DNA of 63,482 nucleotides from Catajapyx aquilonaris (Eukaryota): assembly GCA_000934665.2 (NCBI GenBank), contig JYFJ02002078.1, positions 1 to 63,482 on the forward strand, given 5' to 3'. This document shows positions 32,401 through 45,480 of the stretch, one piece after another. A program made the position numbers and the translations under genes. Below the pieces are notes generated by a model, which saw only the letters and a program-made list of their open reading frames with translations, did not search any database and was not told where the DNA came from. Positions within the stretch are counted from its first letter, which is position 1. The number at the start of each line of letters is the position of its first letter.

Positions 32401-35400
32401 AGAGGACCTTACTTTCATTTGCCTTCACCCATTTCCACAGGATTTTGACCTCGTCTTTGGTCAATGATTTCTTCTCCAGCAGTTCTCTGTGGACGTATTG
32501 TTGTAGCGGGGCCTTGTATTCGCGAATCTGCACAAAAAACACAAGTTGATATATAGACAAGTACGGACTTTGTTGCACTGCCCAGTCGTGAAGTATCTTC
32601 AGACAGAGGGTGGTCTTCCCGTAGCCCAAATTGCCAGTTACTGCCACACAACGGGGAATTTCACTCCATACTCCATCATTTCCCTGGAAAAAAATACAAA
32701 TTCCATAAAAAATAGGCTATGATGATAATAATATATTAGACCTGTGAGGTTCGTAGCTTCGTTTCTATTCAAGTGCGAAAGGAACCATCATGAAAAACCA
32801 ATTAATGCTAAAGTCATTGTCGTCCACTTTTGCTGCACATTACTTTATTATTGGTTTTTAAAATTTTTCCAAATGTGAAAAAAAACATAATTTATTACAT
32901 ACTCGTAAGTCACGCAAATGCATATAAATGAGCTTGTTAGGTTTGTTTACTTTGAAGGCTATGTCCTCTGCTGTTTTGCTATCGGAAACATACTGGATGT
33001 GTTATTTGTTTTGGGGATTATACTCGTACCAATTGAATCTTGCACACTTTAAGTAAATTTAGCCGCATTATTCACCTCATGACCCTAGAGCGAGGCTAAA
33101 GCCTGCGTTCTACATATGAGGCCTAAAGTAACATTCCTTCCACTCCTAAAACATTCCTCTTCCCATTTTACAACCAGCTTTCAATATTCTCTCTTCCTAC
33201 CATCTGGCGTGTTAAGAATAGACCCTTACTTGCGAACATGTTTTAGGTATTCGATCTTGTCTACAAGTCGAAGTATTTGGGCCTGTTGTATAAGAAAGGC
33301 ACATGAAAATGCCAATTATGGTCACTGCATGAACCTTACTAAAAATTGTTGCTTTGAGAGAATGATGTATTGTGTGTCCCTTCAATTATTGTGACGTAAA
33401 TAACAGACGCCAAATAGATATAAAAACATGGTGAAGCCCCATCATCGTAGTTTACCTGATGGGTAGTGAGGATCTGCTCCAAATGAATGGGCAAGTTCCG
33501 GTTAGTGTCAGTCACCACCTGGAGGCATGGTTGGTAGGTCTGCAACCGCAACGTCTGCTCCGTTGGTATAGGCACTGTTGACACAGTCTGCTTTGTAAAA
33601 GCTTCCGTCGATGATTTATAACGTTGTCGAAGAGTCTCTCCAACTTTATGCAGGACCTGAAAACAAGTGAAAATAAACAATGTCGCCAAGGACAAACTGA
33701 CGTTCATTCTCACATGAATCAAAATGCTACAAAAAACGCCCATTAAGTTAGGAGCTGTTGAATAATGCCATATGCTACCATTCATTTTAGGAGCAGTTGC
33801 AAATGGACTGAAACATACTGGAAATTATTTAGTAGGTAATTGGTTGCAGCAAAAAATTAAGTTAATATAGATCAACTGGTTCTCATTACTCCAATTCGTC
33901 TCGTTGTCAGCCACATAAACTGGACGTTGCTTTAATTTCTTTTTCATGTAAAAATGAAAAGGTACTGATATTACGACCACTCTTTTCGAAATCTACCTAG
34001 TACACCCCCACTCACCTGTTGCTCCTTCTTCCGGAGCTTAGCTGCTGCCCTGGAGCTCCTACTATGGTCCTTATCCTCTCGATTGAAAGCGCGGGCAGAT
34101 GATATGTAGTGGGTTGTCAGAGTCTGCGTTTGTGGTGCATCAGCAGGACTCACATGATTCACAGGCAGCTCCTGAAAGACCATAAGAACCACGGTCAGTC
34201 ACCTTCCCCGCATCATCAGTCAGTGACAGCATTCCACACCAAGGATGAGGTTTGGCGGAACACTCTCATGCTTCACGCCAGTCCAAGTCCTCTCTAAATA
34301 ATAAGTGTCGCTCCTTGAAGGTTTCGCAATTTTAAGAGCCAGTGGCGCCTCTAGAGGAATAGCAATCCTATACTGAGGGAAAGAGATGGGCTTCTCCTTT
34401 TCTTAATCTTCACCCAATCTGATGCGCTGCATTTGGGGAGGTAAAAGGCAGCCAAAAGTCTAAGAATAGCTGGGGGTAATGTTTAGGAGATAAACTAAGG
34501 AAAGGAACCCAATCGGGATGTGGGTGTGGGCCTCCTACGTAATCCCAGCTCCCAAGAGTCATCCCGCCCATGTGGTGATTGTTACCTGTCTTAGTTCAAG
34601 GCAAAGATGGAAAATAATGCTCCTGAGGAATTATTATGGAGTGAATATATGTTACAAACAAACAGTAGTATAATTTTAACATTAAATGCCCCCCAGTTAT
34701 TTGCATAAGACGGGTAGGAATGTACACAAATAATGAGATGCTTATTACAAAGCAGAGCTATAAACACGTAATCATTATGTTAGAGTCGTCTCATTAATAA
34801 TTTATTATGGGGCTCACGAGTGTTCAGACCTATGAATAAAATGTGCATCGGCACGTTTCAAGTGACACAACCTGGGTAATCGTATACAAGCTAAGACTAC
34901 CGTGAATTGTTAAATAAAAAAGGGTAATACCCGAGACGACGCAACAAAAAATAACACTTAAAGCACCTGGCATCCAAACGGAGATGGGAACAATAACGCA
35001 GGTTGGGTGGCCCGTAACACCAATTAACACGGTAACTAATCAATTTTGCAGGCAATCAGAATATGAGGAACAGAGGTAGCAATGGACCAATACAAGCGTA
35101 AAATATGAGGAATGTATCAGAAAATACATGAATGGAAACTCTTTACTAATAGGTTTTGGAAAATTTTCACTAATCATATTTAGGACCATTTAAACTAATT
35201 ATACCGGATATTCGGTTGCCGGATTGAAGACGGTTCCCCCCTCGTGTTTAGGTTCATTCAAGTGAGGTCAGTGCCCGCATGCGCCTACATAATGACATTT
35301 TTTTGCTCCTTTTTGGGCAGCCCGGGTGTGGTGTGGTGGTCATCAAAATCTGTGAATGAGATGTTGGCAGTGTCCCCAAGGTCGGCTTTCTGATCGCATA

Positions 35401-38400
35401 CAACTTGGATGCCTTCCCAGTCACCGCGATTGTCTTCTCCTTTAGTTGCGACCAGCCCCCAGGTTGCTAAGGGGCAATGGCACTTCCTATTGCCACCAAA
35501 TTGAACTAGATGACTCTGTTCGAATAACAGTGAAACACGTAGCCCCCCATCATTACAGTCAGCAGACCCAGTTTTTGTCCCCGACCAGATGCATAGCATA
35601 TACGTAGGAGGATTTGCAGACATATTCCTGCCTGGACTACTAGCTGTTTTTCTGAATCTACCAGACAGGATGAACAAATCATGCAGAGCTCTTCCGGCTG
35701 TAAAGATAAGACAACCTGGGACTGGATTCTCGGTTGAAAATCTGCTTTGGTTGTAGCCTGATAGTGTCCAACGCGTTGGGTTTCGCGAGGAAGGTCACTG
35801 ATTGCGGATTCGCATGGTGTCAGGTGTCATGATGGTGCTGTCTCAGCTACTTTTTTTTTTAAATGAAGAGGGCAAGGAACAGTTGACATGGTTCAGGGTT
35901 ACCCGTGGCACCGTATCGACATTTTAAAAACAAGGTAACTGCTAGATATGTAACAACAGCAGCCTTGATTAGTACCTGACTTGACTGACATTGGGAAGGG
36001 GCAACAAAAAGCACGGTTGCTGGCTTACAGGAAACTCAAGGTAGAGGTCGGATCATGCCGGTAATGCAATTGATATGGGGGAAAAAATACAATGGGGAAA
36101 AACATTTACTGCAGGGCTTCTGATGCGTAAAAAAGACGAGCTGGTCACGAAACTTAACATTTTGGTGCTTCGATCATTTTTTGCGTGAAATTGCCCCAGG
36201 TCATTCTCCCTCGCTCAGGTCTGCCTCCCACGGAATTCCAACAAAGTGCATTTTTTTCAGTAATGTCATTTGCCGAAATTTCTATTTGTTCAACTGATTA
36301 ATAACGTTGCTACATCACACGCACTTAGTCATAATAATCTGCTGACGATAGGCATAATTAAGCCATATATTCCCTTACTATAGTATTTCATAGTACTGTA
36401 CTTGCTTGTAGCTATGTTATGTGACCCTGGAAAACAAGTAACAGCACATGGCAAACAAGGAAATGCGCACTAATATCAGCACGCTATCATTAAATCTGGT
36501 TCGGAAACTGTACAGTATACAGAGTTCAATATCCACTCGCCTTCACATACCGGTATGCCTACAAATAGTGTATTCGCAATGTACAAATTTTATGTACTGT
36601 TATCCACAACACCTTCGGCAAGATTATGGAGTACAAAAAAAAAAAAAAAAAAATCAAAAGACTCGGGAGCATGATGGATGGGCTTGACTACCTTCGCACA
36701 ATAAATAAATGTACGATCCTTCATCCAAGTGGCAACAGTGACTGACCTTGAAGGTTGTTTCTCTTTGATTGGTATTCCCCGCCAATTTATATTTTTTTTT
36801 CACCCTCTCTGCCCAATTTTGTTTTCACCACCGTACTGTCTCTGATCATTACGATATAGACACGCAAAACGCGCTATCAGCATCGCTTCAAACAAAGGGA
36901 ACGAGGACTTGCCTATTAGAACATAAGATAAGACCACAATTTTTTTATATATATAGTGTTTGTTTCGCGCATGAGTACCCTTGGCCGCCACTTTCAATGA
37001 TCGAGGGAAAACTAAGAGAAGAGCGGAGCACCTTGAACAAACCCCATGGCAAATCAGCCCACACGGGGCCACGAGATCGAGCCCCGGCTGACCTTGAAGC
37101 GGGCAAGATTATCGCCCAGATCAGGGATGTACAAGCATCCAACATTCCTCCACCAAAAACCCAAATTAATTGCTGACATTTCCAGAAGAGGACCCTATGC
37201 CACCAGAACCACCCCTTTTCTTGACAAACATTGGATTCACTTTATGACAACCAAATCAACAATGTCTTGGGGGCAGTTGGAGGAGTGACTCACAATACAA
37301 TGTGACAAATCTCTGAGGGTGGTCATCGGACCCGATTTGGAGGCCGGTACAGGGTCCACAAAGTGGCGGTTTTATCTTACGAGAATGCTTCTTTTTTTTT
37401 GCTTGTTGACGTCACATGCACATGCACTTGAGAGTAGCTGACCGTATTGCAACGTGACTCACTGTATGCGCTACTGGTCTTTGGAAAGTGTATGCAAAAA
37501 TATTTATATTAAAAAATTATTACAACTGACCTGGAAATGCACTTTGGCACCTCCTTCCATGGAGTTTCCATTGACCAGCGGTACCTTCTCCGAGAGGTTG
37601 TTCTCCAGTGACCCCATCGGAGTTGAGGTGACCATTCGGTTTAGGCTGGCAGAATTGGCTCTGACCTCCCTGACCAGGTTGGGCGAAGGTGATTCGCTCC
37701 ACTGGGGGTCAGAGCAGGAAGGGTCAATAGAGGCCACGTCGCTGCCCAAGGCATCCAGCAGGTTGTTAAGACTGGCATCGTCGTCTGTGCTGACTCCGAC
37801 CACACGCGGAATTGGGCTCAATGGGCTGATGGACACCAAATAGGTACATATTAGTCACCGTGGGAATGCATATAGATAAGGATGAGAACTATTCAGGTGT
37901 GGTGGCGCCCGATAAGACCTCGCAAAACACGTTTTTTTATTATTCTAGCCGTGTCAATATTACACTGTTTCTAGTATTTGCGTTCAATATTGACTCATGT
38001 AAGCCATTATAAGCTACCTATAATGTCAGCCATATGTCCATTAGTGTATAAGTGACGGCCGAGTGCAGCTCCTAGGAAATAATCTTTGGGTCATCGCAAA
38101 ATTGATACGAGAAGCAAATTGCATCGTGAATCACACGTTATCGTTCACTTTACACCTTTAGACTGTCAATAGGCTACCCAACTGTGTGTCATCTAGCCAC
38201 GTACAGTACGGAATATCCTGATTGCAGACAATGCAACGAAGGTTTCGCCACTCCTCAACGTGTATTGGTTATGCGTAATCATTTTGCATAAGGAAGCGCT
38301 GCGTGTAATTTTACCTATTATTATCACTAATATTATTCAATTGCACGATTAGCCAGCAAGACACTTACCTCCAGACATGTCCACCTCGCTCCAAAAAATC

Positions 38401-38568
38401 CTCATTGGAGGACATGTAATTAGCACTTCCGACACTAGCCACATCAGCATCGGCATACGGTATGCTGTCCATGGAAGCCGCTCTCCTTCTGCAACCACCG
38501 TCCATACCCGGCTGGTTCTTAGTGGCCAGTCCAGGCACGGACAGGGACATCCTTCCTTCCTCGTTCAT
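29498..38568 (-). CDS. NACHT-LRR (NLR-like) STAND ATPase, ~1345 aa, 5 coding exons
   Basis: Exons 38568-38369, 37825-37531, 34171-34016, 33656-33456, 32683-29498, phase-consistent. Walker A GNLGYGKTT, Walker B VLFVLDGYGE, sensor-1 VLVTCR, CPLL motif, winged-helix LHESFTPFLSA, RI-type LRRs (LQSLNVSKC, LQLLDLSS, LRNLRICN). The two most 5' exons are less certain. Confidence 0.88.
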
Positions 38569-40458
38569 GGCAGCAAGATGTGAATTACCGCAGCATCAGA
38601 CGTCACCAGCCGCCTGTCCATCAACACCAGTTCGTTGGGCACTCAATCAAAATCTGACTGTTTGTTCCCATGCCGGATCAGCATGCAGCGCGTCGCCGTG
38701 TCAGAGCCACACTGCATCTGTTGCCAGCCAGAGATAAAGCGGAATCATCACGTGACGTACACTCTTGTAATTAGGTTAGGAATCTTTTTCCCTCCATATT
38801 TTTTATACTGTAGTTGCGAAAGTTGTTGACGGATAAGAGGAAAAATTCCACAGCATCTGTTTACTCCCAGCGAGTGATGACCTGTTGTTCACATATGGGT
38901 ACATATAATACTTGGTGCGTTGTCCTACGTCAAATATGGATGTCTTGCGAAAGGTACGGAATTATGTCATGTGCGCAAGTGGCTCTCTCAAGGACTGTGT
39001 CATGGTCTGTCACACTCGGAAAACCTCCATTTAGGGTTGGGTCACATTTTTGCTCAACGTGGGGCTTGGCATTTGCAATTGCATATGTGTGTGTATAGTG
39101 TACGCCGGATATGCCGATACTGGATATTGTTGAGGGATATACATTTCAGAATCAATTCATTATTGTGGAGGTTGTGCGATTTAATTTCCGGAACACTTGT
39201 GGAATTTGATGCGGGTTGACATGTAGATATTGTGATATAATTGGGAGTTAAATGTATGTATGTAAACTACGCATTATGGCAGTCTATAGAGTCCTGAGTA
39301 TACAGATCCAAGTGTCGTGTTGTGCAGTTACGTGGGTGGGCCTTGACGTGCCGGCACCATGCATTTTAAATTTATGTAACTGCCGGTGATTTCGGGCCGG
39401 TTGTAACATGAGGATAACTGCACAGTTATTTAATACTTGTAGATAAATTCTTATAACCATTAAGTGTTTATGCTTTTTGTAACTTGGACTATTATTTTCA
39501 TAACATAATCGTGACATATCATGACATTTTATTGCTATCATTTACTCACTTTAATGTAAAGGTTGCACTAACCCGTAACGTGCAACCTTGTAACAAGCAG
39601 GTGCATGCCAGATTACCACGAAATCTGTCTGTGAATCATGATTTCCAGTATGATAAATGCTGAAGTGTTTACGTGACTCACCAATGTTATTCTTAAATCC
39701 TCCTTTTCGCGAAACGACAAAAGGCCAGGCCCTTCACTCATGTTACAATCACTAATGGTCATCCCTGTAAACTTTTCCCGCCATTTGCTCCACTCGGCAC
39801 GTAATTACCTACGACAACACAGTTCATCCAATATAACTGTTGTTCGAAGAAGGTCAATTCCATCCAAAGACGTACCAGGCTTTTCAGATAACCCTAGTGT
39901 TGTCTGCCTATAACACAAACACACCAGTACGGTCAGCACCAACACACTGATGTCCGCTCTCAACTGGCCACTGAAAAAGACTGTTGTCGGGACTCCTCGG
40001 ACCTCTTTCGGGGCCGATGGAAGAAGGACCCTGTAGCCTCGGGCACCCAGCAATAAGGTCCAACACTTGCTCTACCACATAGGATTGTCGACTCTATAGG
40101 AAGTGAGGTGGCATTCACTCTCCAACCCATTATCAACCGGGGGGGCCGGCGGGGCCTCTAAAGTTCTCTTTCTCCCCCCCCCCCCCNNNCCCCCCCCCCC
40201 CCCCCCCCCCGAAAGCCAATCTACTTTTTATGCATCGGACAACGGAAGTGGTAAGCACGGGAAAAAAAACATGGATGACTTTCCATTTTTCCGAATATTT
40301 GGACAATATTTGCCACTCTGTGTGGTGAACATTTATTAATTTTAGGACGACGTATAGACTAAGGGAATATGTGTTTTTCACTGGACGTTTTCAAGGTTAG
40401 CCGGCTTCAGGTTGTAGATCTACATAAATTACGTCATTCTTGCTAAAAACCAGTTGGA

Positions 40459-42255
40459 CTAGGATGGAGTCACACCTTTTTTTCTTGCTTTTTTCGTCTG
40501 CTTGGTTGTATTAGCGTTTTGCTGTGGCTCCTGAAAAAAAGCTTGCAAATTTTAGTTAAGGTAAGTGTAGGCTCTGTGTAAAATACAGCAAAATATTTAC
40601 CTTGTTGTCGGAAGTATTCGAGGAGGTACCGGTATTCGAGGAGGTACCGGTATTCGTGGAGGTACCGGCATTCGTGGGGGTACCGGTATTCGTGGAGGTA
40701 CCGGTATTCGTGGAGGTACCGGTATTCGTGGAGGTACTGGTAATCGAGGAGGTATTGGTGTTAGATAGTTTCTGAAAAGTAGAGAACATTTAGCAATTAG
40801 TAAGCTTATCGTCATTTTGTCAGTAACTATAAAATGAGATTTTTAAAAGGTTGCTGGCTTACGCGAACTAATTCCTCACTCTCTTTAAGCTGGTCCAGAA
40901 CGTAATCGACATCTTCATCTTTGTCTTTAATTTGGGTAGATGACGGATTTGATGACGGCCTATATTCCGTCGGTTTATATTGAACATCTTTTTCAAACTA
41001 ATAGAGGGAGAAATATAATGAGTTAATTTATGATAACAGTGCGTGTCATTTAAAACTTGCACTCACGTTAAGCTTAACTCCATTCATTCCCCAGATGGCC
41101 CCAAAAAACCAGTACCCGAAGGAAAACGGCCAGCAGAAAAAGAAGACAGAATTGTAAAGAAATTCTCTCGTTCTGAAACAATCAGTTGGCAATAAAAAAT
41201 TTGTCTGTGAGTATAACATTTGAGGTTTCCATAAATTACATATCTCAGATTCTAATCGCTTGAAAATATGCAATGTCTCCTAAGAAAATTTTGGCTACAG
41301 TATATGTAACCTATGGAGCCTCTTTGAAGCAATGCTAACCGACTCATCCTTCGAACAGTGGGCTGCTTGGTCATGGGATGTATTGGAAAACCTTTCTCGT
41401 TGTGTTCCACAGGGAATGCCTTCAAAGTGTGTTCGTAATACTCATGTAGACGACGAGGATGGCTCAGGATGTATCCCAAACCAAAGGTAGCCATGAACCG
41501 AAAACAAAGGCCAAAAATTGCCTTTATCAGACCTGTTGCAAGAGACGGATTGCTTTAGCACAAGCCCTGCATGTGTAAAGTACGCAGATGAAGCAGGTCA
41601 CTTCCTGTCACCTGTCAGCACCACCTGTGAGCACTCGTCTATGTCGAATTACACTAGCAATTACTCTACCGTCTAGAGAGTGCATTGGACCTCAATATTT
41701 TTTGTATGGACCTAAAGACTAAAGATGAATTACGTCACATTGCTTACCTAGTATTAAATGAAGGATGATGATGACCCCCAATATTTCTATCATGGCTAAC
41801 AGCACATCGTAATATCCTGCAGGGACATATGAAGCACGATCGATTAACCCAGATGTCATCGGGGATTTAAATCCGAAGCTTCGCCAGTTGTCTGGATCCT
41901 GTGTTTGGCAAATCATGGGCTGCATGACTTTTCCGGGAGGCAAACAAGAGCATTGGCAGTGCCATAAGCATAGGCATATTTGTCGAGGGGCCAGACGAAC
42001 TTGCCGATGTGCTAGTGAAACTCCGCCAGAGTTCTCAAGTTCAACTGGAAAATAAGAGTTTTACCATTAGTTAATTACTGGGGCAGGTACGCACTTCCAT
42101 GCTCATTATTATTCTGCCGCTGTATCATCAAAGCGACCTGTAATTATACTTATTATGCGGGGCTATCTCTCTGGATCTTCAGAATTGCCCTATTCGAGAT
42201 ACTGTCATTGAATATAATCATAGCCTGTCTGCTAATGGCCGTAAAAAAACAACAC

Positions 42256-42338
<83 letters not shown>

Positions 42339-45300
42339 CTTTTAATGTACAGTACTATGGATACAGCTGACAGTTGCCACGTTTGCGTAGGCTATTTTGT
42401 TTCTCCCGGACGCGTTGTTTACAATAAATACCTGTTGCATGCCTGCTCAGGTTGGAACGGGTTGGAATAAATGGAGAATGTGTATTGACATTTTCATTTC
42501 TAAATTAAAAACAGGCTCTGTATCATCAGAATTATCAAAGCATGTAAAAATGGGAAGTGAGTAAAAAATAATAAACTAAAAAAGGAGAAGAAAAAAAAAG
42601 TGGTTCCGCCCGGGATCGAACCGGGGACCTTCTGCGTGTAAAGCAGATGTGATAACCACTACACCACAGAACCCGCTTGAACCTGACGTCTCTCCCTGCC
42701 CTACATGTACCGCTCGTTTTATGTAATCCGCGGCTGGTTGCAGATCCCCGTTCTCTACAACAATAAAAGCGCAAGGTGATTGGTGCCGTTCAAACAAATC
42801 ACATGGAATATTGCCAATGTCTGAATGTACACCCGTGTACACCTATTGTTGCGCTTTCGGCCTTTCGCAGTCACATTTTGGCCCAAAGCAACAATCAAGA
42901 AGGCACGTGCGATGCAAACAGGCTATATGTACGCAACAATCGAAGGCCAGCAATGGTTATTTTGTCTACAATTACGTCTCACAGCATTGTTTAGCCTTGG
43001 CATTTGCCTGGAAGTTGGCAATGTTCCCGTCAGGTTCCGCTAGAATCAGCTGCAAGAGGTGAGACATCTGGTGACGGTATGTCTCAGTACGTCTACTGTA
43101 GCGACACGTGTTAGTAGTCAGCGTGTACCGTGTAGTACACTGTACAATAATTACGACCAGTACAGACACCAAAATCAAGTAGGCTAATTAGTTGCATCAA
43201 GAGCTCTAGGTTGCTTCGAGGATAAAATATGATTATGGCAAGACATGATACCACTGCAGTTGACGTCGTCCTGCACTGGTGATGGGATGACCATTTCAAA
43301 CTGTTTGACTTGCTTCGCTGGGATGGAATGAATCAAACTCTCCATGTCTCCTTCTGCTTTATCCTGCTCACCGACACCGCAATCCTTCAGGACGACCCTG
43401 ACCCGGACTACAGCCACGGCAGTGTTCAGCACTGACACAACCACCTTGCTGGATGTTGAACTGCTGGAGGTCTCCACCTGAGTCAGCTCCACGCTATTCC
43501 TGCAATTCGATAAAAATTCCAGGTTAATTAGCATACGGGGGTTACTCATTACGTTTATATTATACGGTACCTCCTACCCTGTCCTAATCAGTATGAGAGA
43601 GTCAGCGTTGATTTCCATTTGGATGTAGGCCGTAGTGTGGGTGTAATGATTCAGGGCCAGCATGTGAGAGGACCCACCAGCTGCCTCCTTGATCGGGTCC
43701 GAACCCAGGACTGCTCGACCACCAAGCATATGCACTGTTTGGGCTGACATGTTGGACTTCACGCGCTTCTATAATAATAAAAAGAAATCATTAATCATTG
43801 ATGATGACGATGGTGGTGGTAACTTACATGGTCTTCTTCCCAGAGGTCAACGGGCTGGTGGTCAAGGCAACTTCCTGCTGGTAGTTGACATGGTTTAGGC
43901 TGGCTGCCAAATGCTGCATAACCAACACCAACATTGTCACAGGTGCCCCCGCTGGGGTCAATCGTGGATGACTCGACCAAGAGGTACTCGGATGGATCGC
44001 CTGAAGGGATAAGGTCAATAGGCTGTTACATTGAGCATAAAAGAATATGCCTGGCATCAAGGTCTCCCACCACCTTCATAGCAAAGTGTGCCTCTATTCA
44101 AGGCTGTATGCCAAATCCTGCTGGCAGCAGACATTTTACATTAATCCTGATGATGAGCAACTATGAATTCTGTAGATTGTAGAGCTTTGTTAGTAGAGTA
44201 ATGTTATTCTGAGGGAACCTTTGAAGAATCCAGTATAGCTTTGTGGAAGGTTAGGTACTGGAATCAAAAGCCTCTCCTTTTTGTAGTTGAGAATGGAGTT
44301 TGCTGAATCCATTGGGTTGGAATGGAAGGAAGCTACCATTTGTCCATCTTGACTCGAAGCATGAAGATTAAACTGGCTCAATCTACACCAAAATAGGAAC
44401 TAATAAGCACACTTATCTGTCAGCTAAAATGGTTCATTAGGACTTTTTTCCGTTGCTTACGTAAATGTCTGCCCGTGATCGATTCCACTCCAAATGTGGC
44501 TCCCATTCTGAAATTCCTTTTTCACATAGGCTTTCAGGTCGATTTCATGGTAAAGCACTGGCGGTTCCAATGCATTCACAGTGTACCTACAAGATGAACC
44601 CATGAGAGTGTAGTTGTTTTCTTGCAAGCCAATTATCCAGCAGTTATCTCACCAGAAGTCACTGAAGTGTAAGCAGTGTCCTGTCATCCCAGCCACTTTA
44701 GGTGCATGCTCTTTTCCAGGCACAACAGGCTCCAAGCAGAATTCAGTCCCACGAACACTTTCATAGTCGGTACTGATGCAAGGGCAGCAGAATCCCTACC
44801 GGATCATAGAACAACAGGTAACATGTACTTGTAACAATAGTCTACCTTACTATGCTCTCCCCGGATGTTGGGCGTGTGTTGAATTTCTGGCAGTCAGTGC
44901 GCGAGTAGGCGTCACATCCAGAAAAATCTTTGGAGTTCTGTGTTAGTATGACTTCCTTCACGTCAGCGTTAACAGACTAATGGAGATGACACCTGCTGTA
45001 AGTGACAATTCAATTCTAGACATGTACCTATTTGATCTTACGTAGAGGCCGTAGAATCGGTAGAGTTCTTGCACATGCTTCTGCTTGACTGCCACAGCCA
45101 CTGGCGTCCCAATAGCTATGGTTTTCCCACTTTTAATGTCCATAGCATGGTTTACCAGTACAATTTCCTCCTCGTCTTGGTTCTAGAGTGGCAAAACCCT
45201 TGTCAATACTGCTGGCTACACTTCCTGACACTTACTGGCAGTGATATACCTGTTTCGTGTTGGTAATCACCAAGCTGAGGACCATCTTGCTCATGCATTT

Positions 45301-45480
45301 TTGCAGTCGGCGAGCGGGGGTGGTCATGATCCCGTCCTCCTTCCCCAGATGCGCCATGTCGTCGGAAGACGGGTTGCAGCTGACGATGTGGGCCTTGACC
45401 GACAAGGCACCTCGAACACCGCGCCATTCGCAGCAGGCACCCACCAGGGCCAGGCACACCAGCCACGTAAAGGATCCCAT
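40459..45480 (-). CDS. HAP2: HAP2/GCS1 gamete fusogen (class II fusion protein), ~838 aa, 15 exons
   Basis: Exons 45480-45250, 45182-45042, 44976-44851, 44795-44653, 44586-44461, 44382-44219, 44000-43828, 43768-43578, 43499-43252, 42044-41748, 41532-41340, 41172-41067, 40997-40863, 40771-40601, 40530-40459. Signal peptide, C..KMVLSL, VNADVKE, GFCCPC, VRG, GHCLHFSDFWY, GGTCDNVGVGYAAFGSQPKPCQLPAGSCLDHQP, MEINAD, Ig-like DIII, CxCxxxCxCxC stem, TM segment, basic tail. The last exon is less certain. Confidence 0.93.
40612..40757. repeat. 18-bp coding minisatellite (~8 units) encoding (TNTGTS)n in HAP2
   Basis: Unit GGAGGTACCGGTATTCG(T/A), inside exon 40771-40601. Confidence 0.95.
42257..42337. 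repeat. (AAT)n microsatellite in a HAP2 intron
   Basis: Uninterrupted taa repeats. Confidence 0.98.
42601..42673 (-). tRNA. tRNA-Val(TAC)
   Basis: GGTTCTGTGGTGTAGTGGTTATCACATCTGCTTTACACGCAGAAGGTCCCCGGTTCGATCCCGGGCGGAACCA: full cloverleaf, anticodon TAC, followed by an oligo-T Pol III terminator. Confidence 0.97.

Noticed and set aside
35285..35700. 130-aa minus-strand ORF inside the NLR intron
   Set aside because: No domain signature, and the NLR exon chain is in phase without it; at most an alternative exon.
39808..40095. Possible extra HAP2 terminal exon
   Set aside because: HAP2 already ends at a stop in exon 15. This CpG-rich block with a downstream donor fits better as the NLR 5'-UTR exon; unresolved without cDNA.
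40612..40757. Regular short repeats resembling a CRISPR array
   Set aside because: The 18-bp units are contiguous with no unique spacers; it is a coding minisatellite in a eukaryotic exon.
19909..45480. Legumain-NLR-HAP2 neighbourhood as a co-functional cluster (e.g. fertilisation or allorecognition)
   Set aside because: Adjacency on one strand is the only evidence and housekeeping genes flank it; conserved synteny or co-expression would be needed.
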